The notes: generated from the letters alone by a model not told the origin. A DNA stretch of 58,156 nt, filler included, from Sphacelaria rigidula (GCA_964200075.2; 7 parts of 7 records of this genome joined end to end with filler, not necessarily neighbours in it); one strand, 5' to 3'; shown: positions 37,346 to 49,835, counted from the whole stretch's first letter. Numbers and translations are program-made.

Positions 37346-38963
37346 CACACCCTAGACAATACAATATGTGTTGAATATATATTAGTCGATCACATTGGAA
37401 TTTTGCGATAAATTGCCAGCGTAATATATAATGGTACCCTTGGACTGCACACGTATTACGCGCCCAATATATATATATTGGTACCGTGGGTTTGAACACA
37501 TATTGTCCCATCAATGTATATTGGGGCAGTGTGGGAGACAGCATATTGCACGACCAATATATATTAGGGTCGCAATGGTGATAACATTTGACCGGTCATC
37601 ATGTATTGGGTCTGCGTGGGTGCCAATGTATTGGCTGGTAAATATATATATATATATATATATCTAGTATTATAAATATGGTGTACACTTGAAGAAAGAT
37701 CCATACGCGGTGAATGCCGGAGCCCGTGCAGATTGGGAAAAGCTTCGAAGGGAGCCACAGAAGTTCGCGTGCGTTGCTAGGAAGAGTTGTCGGATTCGTT
37801 TGGTGTTTATATATATATATATATATATATACATATATATTGGTAAGAAAATATGATGGCAGAAGAGGCGACCTGGTACACATGCGTTCTGATAACTATC
37901 TGGCCACCGGTACGGGGCCGCCCATCCCCTTCACAGCATGTCATGTATATTGGCTAAACATCACGACGACAGGAAACGCGGGTTGGCATACGTCTTTTGG
38001 TACCCCTCTGGTCACCGGTGCGGTGTTGCTTATACTCTGAACAGTACAATATTTTCCAATGTGATACCAATACTTTGTATTGGAGACAGCGCATATTTTG
38101 TCCTTTCAATGTATGTTGTGTTGAGATATCTATCCTCGGAAACATTGAAGCAGCAACATACATTTCTCGTGTCATGATCGTGAAGTGATGCATGGCAATA
38201 TATATTGGACGCGCATTTGCTCCGGGAACAAAACATTCAATATACAGTATACTGTGCATGCCGGCCGTGTGTGTATTGAAGTCTCAATGTGTATATATTG
38301 GGTCGAAGCGGTGCGGAATATATTGTTAATAATAATATATGTTGAACACAACCCATGCAAAAGCATTGTGCAGCCAACATATATTGCGCAGGCTCATCGC
38401 ATAGATATTGTGCAGCCAATATATATTGAACACGCTCGCGGAGGGATATATTGAGCGTTTTTGGCATGTGGTGATACATCTTTCAATGGCGCCCGCGAAC
38501 ATAGGACTGTCCACTATATTAATTCCAATACACTTTCCAATCTACACGTTGAATATATATATATATTTCTATACCAATATGTATTGTGACCATCCGTTCC
38601 TTCGTGTATCATCCGCCCGATATATATTGGACGCATTGACGCACGACATATTGGGGCGGCAATATATATTGGCGCTTCCGGTGTTGAGCATATTGAATCA
38701 TCAATATGCCCAAAAATAAATATATATATGAGTGCCTTACCGCAACATGTTACTCGGCCAATATACATTGACGTGGCGCATGTCGTGATATATTGTTCGG
38801 TCGATATATACTGCATGTCGCTAGACTTGACAAATTGAGGGCAGAACATATAATTGAGCCTCTCTCGTGCCATCATGTTGCTCGCCCAATATATATTGAC
38901 CACCCGACGCGTCGACATGTTGAGCGGGCAATATATATTGCATATTGTACTGTCTAGGGTGTG
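37346..38963. mobile_element. Non-autonomous TIR element with perfect 8-bp TSD and CAATATATATTG repeats, nested in a G-tract family copy
   Basis: atacactg-cacaccctagacaatacaatatg...catattgtactgtctagggtgtg-atacactg. Confidence 0.92.
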
Positions 38964-39299
38964 ATACACTGCCTCATGGGTGCCTCACCATTCAAACACT
39001 ACGTAGTGCGATCATCCCCATTGTGCGGAGTTGAGGTTCTCCCACGCCGCACAACATTATCTACAGCAGCTCGACTACCATCATGGTTACCGCAAAAAAA
39101 ACGCAAGCGCGTTTTTTTTTCTTTCGTAACCTGGTTGTCTAGTTTACGCAGTGAGTGGCGTGTTTCATAGCGTCATCGCCGACCGACGCCAACCCCACCA
39201 GGGGTCCGCCCCTACAAAGCCGGGACGGAGCACGCCGGGTTCTCGCCGGACCAGGCTGCAGGGAGGGGGGGGGGATGGAATCGTCCGTATAAAAGTCGT

Positions 39300-39950
39300 T
39301 TGTCATGGCTTCAGGTCAGGGAAAGGACTGTCCTGGAGTTGAAACTCGTCTTAATAGTCAATCTTACTTTCAAAGAAAATCTCTTTCTACGTACAAATCC
39401 GGCCTCGATTCTCGTCTGCAAGAGACCAAACGATTCATTACGCAATTGCAACTGTAATCCTTTTGACTAGCCCGCTCACATCAATATTGCTGAAGAACGA
39501 AATCTTCAACAGAAACCACAGGCATGATCACAAACACAGCCATCGAAATTCAATACCTGAATGACCGGCTGATAGGCAGAGTGATACGGGAACGGAGTAT
39601 AATAGAGGATGGCCTCAGTTTTCAGTTGCTGATGAGCGAAGATCTTTACACCAATGAAATCGATGTGAGCATGAGGTTGCCCTCGCCGGCGAGATTCGAT
39701 GACGGCAACGCCATAGTATTGTCGTCCGGAATACCCGTCGTTATTGTCCGCAATTTCTGGTTTGTGCAGACTTCCCAAAGTTTTGAAGTCTTCTCGAACA
39801 TGTTTGAGTAGAACAAGAGAAAAATACGAGGTGGGCCAGCCAAGAGTTCCTATTCGTTATTGACAGATGACGCGGAGCTTCATTTGAGAAGTTAGGCACT
39901 GAGCATTTCATGTCATGTTTATTACCAATACGCATAAATATTCCGAAGCA
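39300..39950 (-). mobile_element. Decayed Helitron Rep (HUH endonuclease) fragment
   Basis: One frame gives INMT*NAQC (motif 1, TxN), LLKHVREDF, GYSGRQYYGVAVIESRRRGQPHAHI (motif 2, cf. VIEFQKRGLPHAHI) and DHACG. Confidence 0.7.
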
Positions 39951-40614
39951 GCAGATAGAAAAAAAGGATGGCTCGAGCGATTTGAAATCTCAGCTACAGA
40001 AAGATGAACTCATCACTCCATGAAGAAAGGAAAGAACTGTTTCTGCTCCGGTCACGAATTTTCAAGTTGCGTGCAGAAGATTCTGGTAAAAATTCGGCTC
40101 GAAACTCCTAATATTGAGCGACGAGGACAATGTTTTGTGTGACACCGCTGTGCCCCGGTGGTCAAACTCTCATTTTCCTTTGTATCCTCCGTTCGTTCTA
40201 GCGTTTCCTTCTATGTTCCTTTTTTTCCCCCTTCGTCGACTTTCCTCAAGCGATAGATTCCGTTCCGTCCATTTTGGGCGCGTCTATCTTGTGAACCCCG
40301 GTAGATTTCTACGGAATCAGTGATTATGCGGCAATCGATCAATAATCTGTTCATCAATCAATAGTCGAACATTGTTGCACACATGAGTATACTGCAATGA
40401 TACTTCAAACGTGATCAAACCTTCATGTGTTAGCTACCTGTCCCTACCCTAGCGCCATTGACCACCTCACCGAAGATACACGTTGATTCTCCGTCATGCA
40501 CTTTATTTACACGAAAGGGAAATGCCTACCTTCTGGCGAACGCCCGTTTACCATCGACACGGGAATGGTTCGTATCGAATGATCAATTGATTGATTGCTG
40601 AGTCATGCTACGGT

Positions 40615-41260
40615 AGGCGTGTACTCATGATCTTGCATGCCATAGTTATATGACCATTGGCCTCGCATCCCTACAAAGCCGGGACGGAGCACGCTACTTT
40701 ACGCGGGAGGGGGGGTTTACTCATGATCATGCACGCTATAGTCACAAGATCATTGACCTCGCATGCCTACAAAGACGGGGCGGAGCACGCCGGGTTTCGC
40801 CGGACCAGGCCCGCAATCAATCACCAACTTCAAAGCGCCGTCGTGTGTTCGGCGAGTCGCATGAAGGGTGAGCTGCATCCTGCCAAGATTATTCGGCCCG
40901 AAGCGTACTTATTATCTTGCATATGGATGGCAGCTTCAAATCAGTTGCTTCATTTTCTGATATCGCCAGTTCCGGGGAGGGAGAGGAGAGAAGAATATTC
41001 ATCTGTTGCTTACCTTAGTCGTTCGACCATTGACCACGCATCCCTTGAGAGACGGAGCACGGGAGGGGGGGGGGAGGGAGAAACACAATTTACGTCTTCC
41101 CTAATTAATAGAAAAAAAAACAACACACCAAAAAATANNNNNNNNNNGTGGCGTTGGGGGGGGGCGGGGGGGGGGGGGGGGGGGGGGGGGGGGGCGTACT
41201 CATTTGTTGCTTGCCTTAGTTGTTTGACCATTGACCACGCACCCTTTGAGAGACGGAGCA
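40615..41260 (+). mobile_element. Cluster of four G-tract family termini with a 10-N internal gap (41138-41147)
   Basis: gtactcatgatcttgcatgcc, ccattgacc and gacggagca modules are repeated. Confidence 0.75.
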
Positions 41261-41514
41261 CCGTTTCTACTCCTAAGAGAGACACCTTCAACATTCCAGC
41301 GCTCGTTACGCTTCTTCCATACATTGCACGAAAACCTTTTACATATCTTATCCCCGTCCTGTTTCGTCGTCTGTGGCGACCATCTATCTCCTAGTGTAAC
41401 CATCGTTTTCTCCCTAATGTCTAATGCAAAAAACGATTCCATGCCACCTTCGTTCACGTTCCGCATTTCCCCCTCTAGCACGTCCCGTTCCTCCTTGTAT
41501 CGTTCATATTCTGC

Positions 41515-41614
41515 NNNNNNNNNNNNNNNNNNNNNNNNNNNNNNNNNNNNNNNNNNNNTTAATTAATTAANNNNNNNNNNNNNNNNNNNNNNNNNNNNNN
41601 NNNNNNNNNNNNNN
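41515..41614. other. Artificial contig linker
   Basis: N44-TTAATTAATTAA-N44. Confidence 0.99.
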
Positions 41615-41696
41615 TGTTTTCGTTCTTTTTTTGTGTTGGTGTGGGGGTGGTGGTGGGGTTGGGGTTCGCCGTTTTTTGTCCTTCTCCATATTTTAG

Positions 41697-41807
41697 ATCG
41701 CTGCGCTATCCGCGGAGGTGACAGCTTCTAATGCTCGAGTAAAGCAGGGAGCGGCGCGCATCAAGCATCTCAAGGCCACGGCGAAGACCACGGAGAAGGA
41801 AATGAAG
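41697..41807 (+). CDS. SMC2: Exon: condensin subunit SMC2 coiled coil, probable GC donor
   Basis: tag|ATC...AAG|gcgaga. Reads IAALSAEVTASNARVKQGAARIKHLKATAKTTEKEMK. Confidence 0.8.
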
Positions 41808-42175
41808 GCGAGAAAATTCGTTCGGATAGAAGGCGCGACCTGCTGATTTTGTCACTCACTACATGATGTTGACATTAACGAACGACCAATCATCGCCGGT
41901 TCGAATGATCAAATCCACGATTCTTCAGGCCTGAATGCTCGAAAGAGATAAAATAAAGCCGACCGATGGTCATAAAGGTTCCCACGCAACGTGTGCGCCA
42001 TTCCGCGTGCCTGGGCAGCGCGTACCTGGGTTGCAACGCTGAAAACAAAGCCCAAGGATCGATTCGTAGGGCACGAATCAATCGCACTAAAATCAAGTAA
42101 TTTCCAGACGACTCATTCATTCGTCCGACCCGTGCATTACTGTCGTCGAAAACCCATCACATGCAATACTTCTAC

Positions 42176-42670
42176 TGGGGGTGTACCCATGATCTTGCAT
42201 GCCGTATTTGTAGGACGAGTGACTTGCCATCCCTGCATAGCCGGGATGGAGCACGCCAGGTTTTTGCCGGACCAGGCTCTCAAATACCGAGGGCGAAGCG
42301 CCGTGATGTGTGCGGCGAGTCGCATGAGGGATGACCTGCATCCTGCTGAGATTGTCCGGCCTGAAGCGTGCTGTTGTCTTGCGTATGGATGACAGCCACG
42401 AATGACTTGCTTCATATTCTGGTATCACCACTTGGAGAGACAGCTACGGGTTACACTGCCTCATGGGTGTCTCACCACGTCAACACCGCGTAGTACGATC
42501 ACCCCCTTTGCGCACAGTTGACGTTCTCCACCCCGCACAACATGATCCTACTCGACCACCATGTGTTTTTGCCGCAAAAAAAACGCAAGCGAAGGACCAT
42601 CGGCCACCTGGTTGCCTAGCTTACACAGAAATTGGTGTGTTTTACAGCGTCGTCGCCATCCGACCCCAAC
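42176..42670 (+). mobile_element. Uninterrupted copy of the G-tract family body
   Basis: Begins gggggtgtacccatgatcttgcatgccg. Collinear with 37262-37345 joined to 38972-39200. Confidence 0.8.
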
Positions 42671-43313
42671 CCTCCGGAAGTGAGGCACCCACCTGCTCTA
42701 GCGTAAACCGGCAGTTAACCTTTTTGGAATCGATAGACGATTCATGTTTTTGGGAATCGGCATCATTTTGACCCGAAAATGACTGCAAATGACGCCGATT
42801 CACAAGAACAAAAATCGTCAATGGGTTCCAAAATGGTCAAGAACATACGTGGAGAAAGATCGGAAACGGGGAACAGAGGAGACTACAAGAGTGGTGGAAC
42901 CCAAGAGATTCAGAGCAGCAGAGGAGGCACAAACACACTCTAGTGGGCACTGCAGCACCACCAACCCAGGACAAAATCTAAAACTGATGAGGACAGACAG
43001 GATGATCCGATTGGCAACTCTCGACGCAGCAGCCTATCGTTTGTGACAGCTGTCCGATTCTCATTCGTCTGTGCGTCGTTACGTGTCCTCATAGAGCGTC
43101 ATGACTGTATTGCGGGTTCACCGCCATGACGAACATGAGGCTTTTATTTTGTGTATGGGCAGTTTCTGAAGAGAAAAAAAAAAAAGTATGGTGACCCATA
43201 CTCTGCGTAGGTCTACCTACGATCTGTGGTGCTGCACGTTGAAGGTGTGCTTCTTTTTTTTTTCTTGTCCTTGCGTGTAACATGACTGCCTTGATTGAAA
43301 AATATGACGACAG

Positions 43314-43481
43314 GCTGCCGAGAAACAAGTTTCTCAGCTAGTGAAGGATCGTAATGCCGCCGAGGCTCGTGTCAAGGCCGCAGAGGAGGGGCTGCAAAGA
43401 CTGAATTATGACCAGACTCAGGAGGATGGGCTTGCTGAGGAGAGGGAGAGGGAGGAACATACGGTGGCCAACCTACGTGTG
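43314..43481 (+). CDS. SMC2: Exon: SMC2 coiled coil
   Basis: cag|GCT...GTG|gtgagt, phase 0/0. Reads AAEKQVSQLVKDRNAAEARVKAAEEGLQRLNYDQTQE... Confidence 0.9.
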
Positions 43482-44066
43482 GTGAGTACTGTTGTTGTTG
43501 TTGTCGATAGTGGAGCGATTCTTCACGTTGCATTTTGCAGAACAAAAGATGGGTAAGTCGTCGTCATTCACCTGTGGTACTCAACCTCTTCTCTTCAGCG
43601 TGTAGTATCCACAATTTTACGGAATCGAAATAGTGTCTATGCGAAGGGTGTGTAATCGTGTATTTATATTTCGCACGATAGTTTCGCAAAATTCTTTGCA
43701 GGCCGCCGAGTGTAAGATCAGCCGAGGCCGGAGAAGACACCGCGACTCGATAGTTTTACACCTCTCTCGTCCTGCCATTTTGCTGTTTGTTGTATCTCCC
43801 TTCCCTTCCCTTACATTCCTTTGTCTCTTGCTTTTCCTTGTTTTACTATGCTGTGTTCGTTTACTCCTTCTATCCCCATCTTTGACCTCTCTCAAGATTC
43901 TTTGACCGTACTCGTAGCAAGTGTTCCGTTTTGCTTTACCTTCGGCACGGTCATCTTGTCAACGCGGCCAGATTCCTGGGGGTATCAATGAATGTGCGGC
44001 ATCAATCAATTAAGCAATTCATAAAGCAAACAAACGAACGAACATTTAAGCAAACAAGCAAACAAT

Positions 44067-44481
44067 AACAGAGGATTCTACAAAATGAGGTTCATCAATG
44101 AAATGAGGTTCGAGCCCAAAACAGTACTTTTCTCCACACTTTCAGCGATGGTGCCCAATGACTTTTTTGTCGGCCTAATGCCGCTCGATCGCGTAGATAC
44201 TTTTTCAGCGCATTTTACCGGCTCTGTCAGCTTACAACGCTGACCGAAACTGCTGTTTTCCCTGATGTCGCCCCCCCTTGAAAAATAAGTAGATATGGCG
44301 GTTTTGGACAGCGCTGTAATCTCGGAGTCGGTAAAATGCGCTGAAAAAGTATCTACGCGATCGAGGGGCATTAGGCTGACAAGAAAGTCACTTGGCACCA
44401 TCGCTGAAAGCGTGGAAAAAGTACTGTTTTGAGCTCGAACCTCATTTCATTGATGAACCTCATTTTATAGAATCCTCTGTT
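44067..44481. mobile_element. Foldback MITE with ~155-bp arms
   Basis: aacagaggattctacaaaatgaggttcatcaatgaaatgaggttcgag... pairs with ...ctcgaacctcatttcattgatgaacctcattttatagaatcctctgtt. CAAT lies on both flanks. Confidence 0.85.
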
Positions 44482-44541
44482 CAATGATGAAAAAATTAAG
44501 CTGCCGCGGTTATGCCCCAAAACGTTGTGTATCTGGAAATA

Positions 44542-45120
44542 TGATTGATTGATTGATTGATTGTCGCACTCCAGCCGTGGTCTCATAATATACGTACCCA
44601 AGAAAAACGAAACTGAAACATGCCCTGAAAAAAAGAAGGAACAGAACAAAACAAAAAGTCGAACAGAACGACATACCGACTAAGTCGTGACAAATAAATA
44701 TGTCATAATTAAATTATAACAGTCACTCATCAATCGATGTCATGCGAGAGTTCTTCCGATGGTCGGGATCTTCCGAGCATTTTTCTTTTCTTTCATATCT
44801 CGCTATTTTTCTTCGTACCCACAACTCCACCCCTCCCCCCTTCCTCGGAATGAGTCCGTTGTTCTGTGTGTTGTATGTGGTTTCTCCCCACTGGTGCCTG
44901 CCTGGCATATCGATGTATCGAGGATTGGATCAGCACTACCCCCATTGCACCCCTGTCCGCTGCCGTCGGCTTGTTCTCTTTGGATTCTAGAAGCCGCGTC
45001 CTCGTCTCCACGCTTTTAACGGCTTGAGCTACTCGAAAAGATCCGTATCTGTGGGATTCGAACCAGTAATCGTTCACACCAAGTGGCGATTTACTGTTGT
45101 ACCACTGAGACCATCGGGGA
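44542..45120 (-). mobile_element. Probable tRNA-derived SINE with (TCAA)n tail
   Basis: Minus strand has an A-box-like TGGTCTCAGTGG and B box GGTTCGAATCC, and ends gtgcgacaatcaatcaatcaatc. The 3' part is shared with 29985-30130. Confidence 0.6.
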
Positions 45121-45412
45121 GTCGTGGTGGTAGCAGTGAAGAACGGAGATCTTGGAGGGTTCTCATCGGTCCGGGTGATGTCCTCTGGATGATGGCTGTA
45201 ATATGGGAACGGCAATCGACGGAAATATCACATCCATGTTTTATTTCAGCAAAAGTGAAACACGGGGACACACATACCATTCAATTATTTTTTTCCGTCG
45301 GAAAACGAAAAAAAAACATGAGAGCAAGATACTTCATCCCTCATCACAAAAATTGTACAATATTCGGTGTTCCACGTATCGTCTGGAATTGGCTATTTCC
45401 CAACGAACGTAG

Positions 45413-45586
45413 GCGAGGGACACCCTGTCGGCGCAAATGGCGGGAAGGCTGAACTTCGACTACTCCGACCCTGAGCGCGGATTCGACCGTTCGAGAGTCA
45501 AGGGTCTGGTCGCGAACCTGATTAACGTGAAGGACATTGCTCATACCACAGCGCTTGAAGTGACGGCGGGCGGCAGGCTCTTCCAG
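45413..45586 (+). CDS. SMC2: Exon: SMC2 hinge start
   Basis: tag|GCG...CAG|gtaaga. Reads [29 protein letters not shown]...[13 protein letters not shown], typical of SMC2. Confidence 0.95.
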
Positions 45587-45675
45587 GTAAGATACGATAA
45601 TGTTGCCTTGCGTCGTTTTTTTTTTTCGCGTCTCCGTATTTTCTGAGACTTCAAATGTGAATGTAGGGTCATGTG

Positions 45676-46815
45676 CACACGTAAGACAGCTCACCTGCGG
45701 GCGGTAGCTTACTTGTAGTCAAACATGTACATGTGATCTACGTCCGATAGCCCAACACAAGGTAAACGTGCACTGATGAGCTACGAGTTGGTAGCTCACC
45801 TATCGCAAACGTGCGTAGCTCATGTAGCTCTCATAGCTCACCCAGGGCGAATATGAGCTGATGAGCTACGGGCTGGTAGCTCACCTATCGCAAACGTGCG
45901 TAGCTCATGTAGCTCTCATAGCTCACCCAGGGCGAATATGAGCTGATGAGCTACGGGCTGGTGGCTTGCCCAGGGCAAACATGTGCAGCTCATGTAGATC
46001 TTGTAGCTCACCCGGGGAAAACATGAGCGGATGAGCTACGCCCTGTAGCTCACCCCAGGGACACACAGTCGTGGCTCACTCACGTCATATGCCTAGCTCG
46101 CCGCTGGCCAACCCCGTGTCGCTTATGATGTAACATTCTTGTTCGAAAGGATGGCGCCACATATCACTAGGTTGTGATGTTTTGCGTCACTCTTCGCGAT
46201 AAGAAGAGAAGCCAACACATATCCTCGTTCGCTTGGTCGGATGGTTAAAGAAAGAGCGTTTGTATTCTGTGTCTACGATAACCGACCGATTCATTTCTTT
46301 TGATCGGTTGGCCGCAAGGGTACGAGTCCATTTGGTCATGCACACTCTATTCAAGTGAAATTGGAGCCGATTCAACAGATGACTTACGCTCGCCGTCAAG
46401 GGGTTAGCCCTTCGACCGCGAGGGTTGGCGATCTGATAAATCAGCGTATTCACTTTATTTTCCGGGTGTGAATGGTGCCGATTCAGAGACCTCCTATCCT
46501 CGCGGTCAAAGGGATAAGCAAACGTAGCTCTCATAGCTCATCCAGAGCAAATATGTGTAGCTCATGCATCTCTCGAAGCTCATCCAGGGCAAACATTATG
46601 TAGCTCATGCATCTCTCATAGCTCATCCGGGGCAAACATGCGTAGCTCATGCAGCTCTCATAGCTCACCCAGGTCGAATATGAGCTGATAAGCTACGGGT
46701 TGGTGGCTCACGTACGGTAAACATGCGTGGCTCATGTAGCTCTCATGGCCCACTAGGGAGCTACGGTCAAAAAGAGCTAGCTCGAGCTATAGGGAGCTCA
46801 TCTGTCCGACGTGTG
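45676..46815. mobile_element. Non-autonomous TIR element with perfect 8-bp TSD and AGCT-rich 85-bp repeats
   Basis: gtcatgtg-cacacgtaagacag...ctgtccgacgtgtg-gtcatgtg. Repeat units start at 45774, 45859 and 45944. Confidence 0.88.
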
Positions 46816-47772
46816 GTCATGTGTGTGTTTCAAGATAAGAGTGGGTGCAATCGTGATTGTTCAAGAGATTGATCGGATCAAGTGAAGGGATTGACCGTTT
46901 TATCGAGTGTTTGACTGGTTGATTATTGGATTGAATTGCCGTGCGTTAGCTGATCGATCGCGGCCCGATATGTGCAATTGTTCCGAATATTGTCTATTTC
47001 CTCAGCTGTCAAGTTTTTGCGCCGGGGGGGATGGGGGGGAGGGGAGGGTGACATAACTCCGCGCTCTGCGACCCTTTGTATAGGTGTCGTCCAAAGAAAA
47101 AAAGCGAATGTGTTTCGTTTTCCATTTGCCGTTCTTGAAGCTTGGGAAATCTTGACGTGCCCCGGCGGTTTTTGACTGCAGGCGATGTGGTGCGGTCGTC
47201 GCATGTGACTGGTAGATGGTCGTACATTGGTGGATATCCCACGGGTCTAGCCGTGCTGGTATCCATGCCCGACGCAAATACCTGTGAAGCGTCGTCTCTT
47301 GGTTTTCAAAGATCCGCGGTTGTTCGGGCGGCATAAGCTGCTGTGCCCGGCCCAAGAATGTGTGATGGGGCCTTTGCGAACACATGCTCATGTCGTGTCT
47401 GGGGCTATTTTACTTCGTCTGATGTACTCAATCAAGCGCCTCTGGGGGGCCGTCTGTGTGTTTGCCATGTGTGTGTGCCCTTGGTTGTATCTGGGTGGGT
47501 TGGTGAGGTCACGCAAAAGGCTTGGTCGCGAGTATTCAAGGAAAATATCCCGTGCGCGTGTGTGCGCGTGTGTGCGTGAATATGTGTGACGTTTTGTTCT
47601 TGGTTACTGCAGCCTAGATTTAGGTCATCGGGCCAGCATTGAAGAAAGTAACAGCTGCGTTGCTGGTTTCGTCATGATTCACTCACGTGCCAACCAAGCA
47701 ACCATTATTTGCTTCAAACTGTCTTCAATTCATCTGTATTTTTATTTATCTTGTTTGGTCGTGTGTTTGCAG

Positions 47773-47831
47773 GTGGTGGTGGACACAGAACAGACAGCCA
47801 AGATTCTCCTCAAGAATGGAAGACTCAAAAA
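47773..47831 (+). CDS. SMC2: Exon: SMC2 hinge
   Basis: cag|GTG...AA|gtaaga, phase 0/2. Reads VVVDTEQTAKILLKNGRLK. Confidence 0.93.
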
Positions 47832-48778
47832 GTAAGACCCTTTCATGGATGTATCGCATATTATCATCACCATTATTTCCATTATAGTGATAATGGCCAG
47901 TTATAACTGGTACCATCTCCAAGCTCTACGAAACACCCGATTGGGCTTGTGCTGTCGCCTGGCGCTACTAGGTACCACTCTGAGCCGTAATGTTAGCCAC
48001 ATTCAGACATTTCGCTACATAACTTGGCCATTAACTTTTTTCAAATGCTCTTGAAACTATCCCGTGATGCAAACCCGCTGGACTGTCAAATTCGTTTATT
48101 CTCAAAATGATGGGAGCCTAGCCTCTGCAGCAGCACTCGAAGTAGAGGCTGACAGAGCTCTGACAAAGCAACCTCCGCTTAGAGGTGGAAAACCCGGGGA
48201 TCTTAGTTATTCATCCCTTGTCTACCCAGAGGATCTTATTCCCCCACCTCCGGGATGCGTGTTCAATGGTCACACAAGTAAGGCAAGCAACAACTGTGCA
48301 CATCGAACTGTGGCATGTGTTTTGCTATTTCCAAATGTGTCTTATATTACGAGTCAAAGTGGTATCCTGTAGCCACCGATACCACCTCGACAACATGGCG
48401 AAATCCTATCGATGCGATGCGAATCGCTATGATGCATGAACCTTCTGTCGGAAGATCTTCGGGGTGAAAGGGCGTCTTTCACGTGTTTTCCCGGAAAGAC
48501 TAGTATATTAGTGACGTATTTTGGTTACTAGTACTAACAGTATGCGTCAACTATGTGACTATGTTTTTATTTTACCATGAGATAGTATCACGTTGACAGA
48601 CCGCCACGGATACGGACCCTGTCCTACCCTGGATTTTGTGAGCACGACTGGATCATGACTACCTCGCGGACCAGTTATCACAAGACATTGATCAATATTC
48701 CTCCGCACCCCCCATCTCCCCGTCCCGCCCCAAAATTCGACCGTTCCTCTTTCTCCTCGTCTTCTGTTGCTGTTGTAG

Positions 48779-48899
48779 GCGTGTCACCATCATTCCTCTC
48801 AACAAGATTTCCGGCTACCCTCTCAGGTCGAGTCAGCTCAGTCGCGCAGCCGCTATCGCGCAGCGCACGAACGGACAGGCCATGTGTGCAATCGAGCTT
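48779..48899 (+). CDS. SMC2: Exon: SMC2 hinge
   Basis: tag|G...CTT|gtgagt, phase 2/0. Reads RVTIIPLNKISG...AMCAIEL. Confidence 0.95.
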
Positions 48900-49835
48900 G
48901 TGAGTTCTCTTCCTCGAAGTAAAGATTCATAATCCATATTTTTTTCGTTGGTATGTACTTTAGCTCATTTTACTTTTTCTTGAAAAAATGGCACATAATC
49001 TGTTTTTGTTTTTGTTTGTGGGTTCGTCCTGCGCAAAGCAAAGCACGCGGATACATGCACACAGGCACAGGCACAGCAAGAGGCTATGTGATTGCTGAAA
49101 TCAAAACCATGGATTTTTTTTTAGATATACATATTACACCGTGGACAACACAATACTTAGTCAAAAAATGTACTGCGTAATGTATGGACTGTTGCGTCTA
49201 CTACAAGACAGGATAAATTCCATACCGTACGCAGTACATTGCTTTTACAATGTTATCTTTTGTTGGGAGTGTGACACGTATATATATTTTCGCGGTTTGC
49301 CATCGTAAATGAGGAGGGTGGCGAGAATTCTCGAAACGTTGGCTTTGGAACGTATTGATCAGCCTTGAAAAATAGAAGCCCCGACCGACCGAAGTAGGTC
49401 TGTCGACGCATCTTGTCGCTGCGATTTACGCATGATGTACGCTTCTGAGGACCGTGCATGCTATCAAACACCGCGTACCCTATCAAGAACCACGTACCTA
49501 AATCAAGGAATACGGACCCGATCAACCACCATGTACCCTACAAGTGGTTGAGGTAGGCTATGTACCCTGCCCTACGCTGGATTTCAGGGTACTTTGAGGT
49601 ACCCAGTACTCCACGGTACCTAGTGTATCGACAGCCAAGATCACTCAGTATCCCAGGGTATCGTCGACCCCCAATACCTTACTCGGTACCCTACCCTATC
49701 CTAACAACTTGTGATGTACCCCCATCAACCATTTGCCTTATAAAGCGCCATGTATCTTGTCAACCACATCAGCAATGTGCTCCTCATGTTGAAGGTTCCT
49801 GCCCCCCCCCCCCCCCAGCCTGGTACGGGGAAGAA

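Noticed and set aside
40110..40400. Upstream extension of the Helitron ORF
   Set aside because: The resemblance is weak, and the region looks like a plus-strand (TCAA)-tailed retroposon end.
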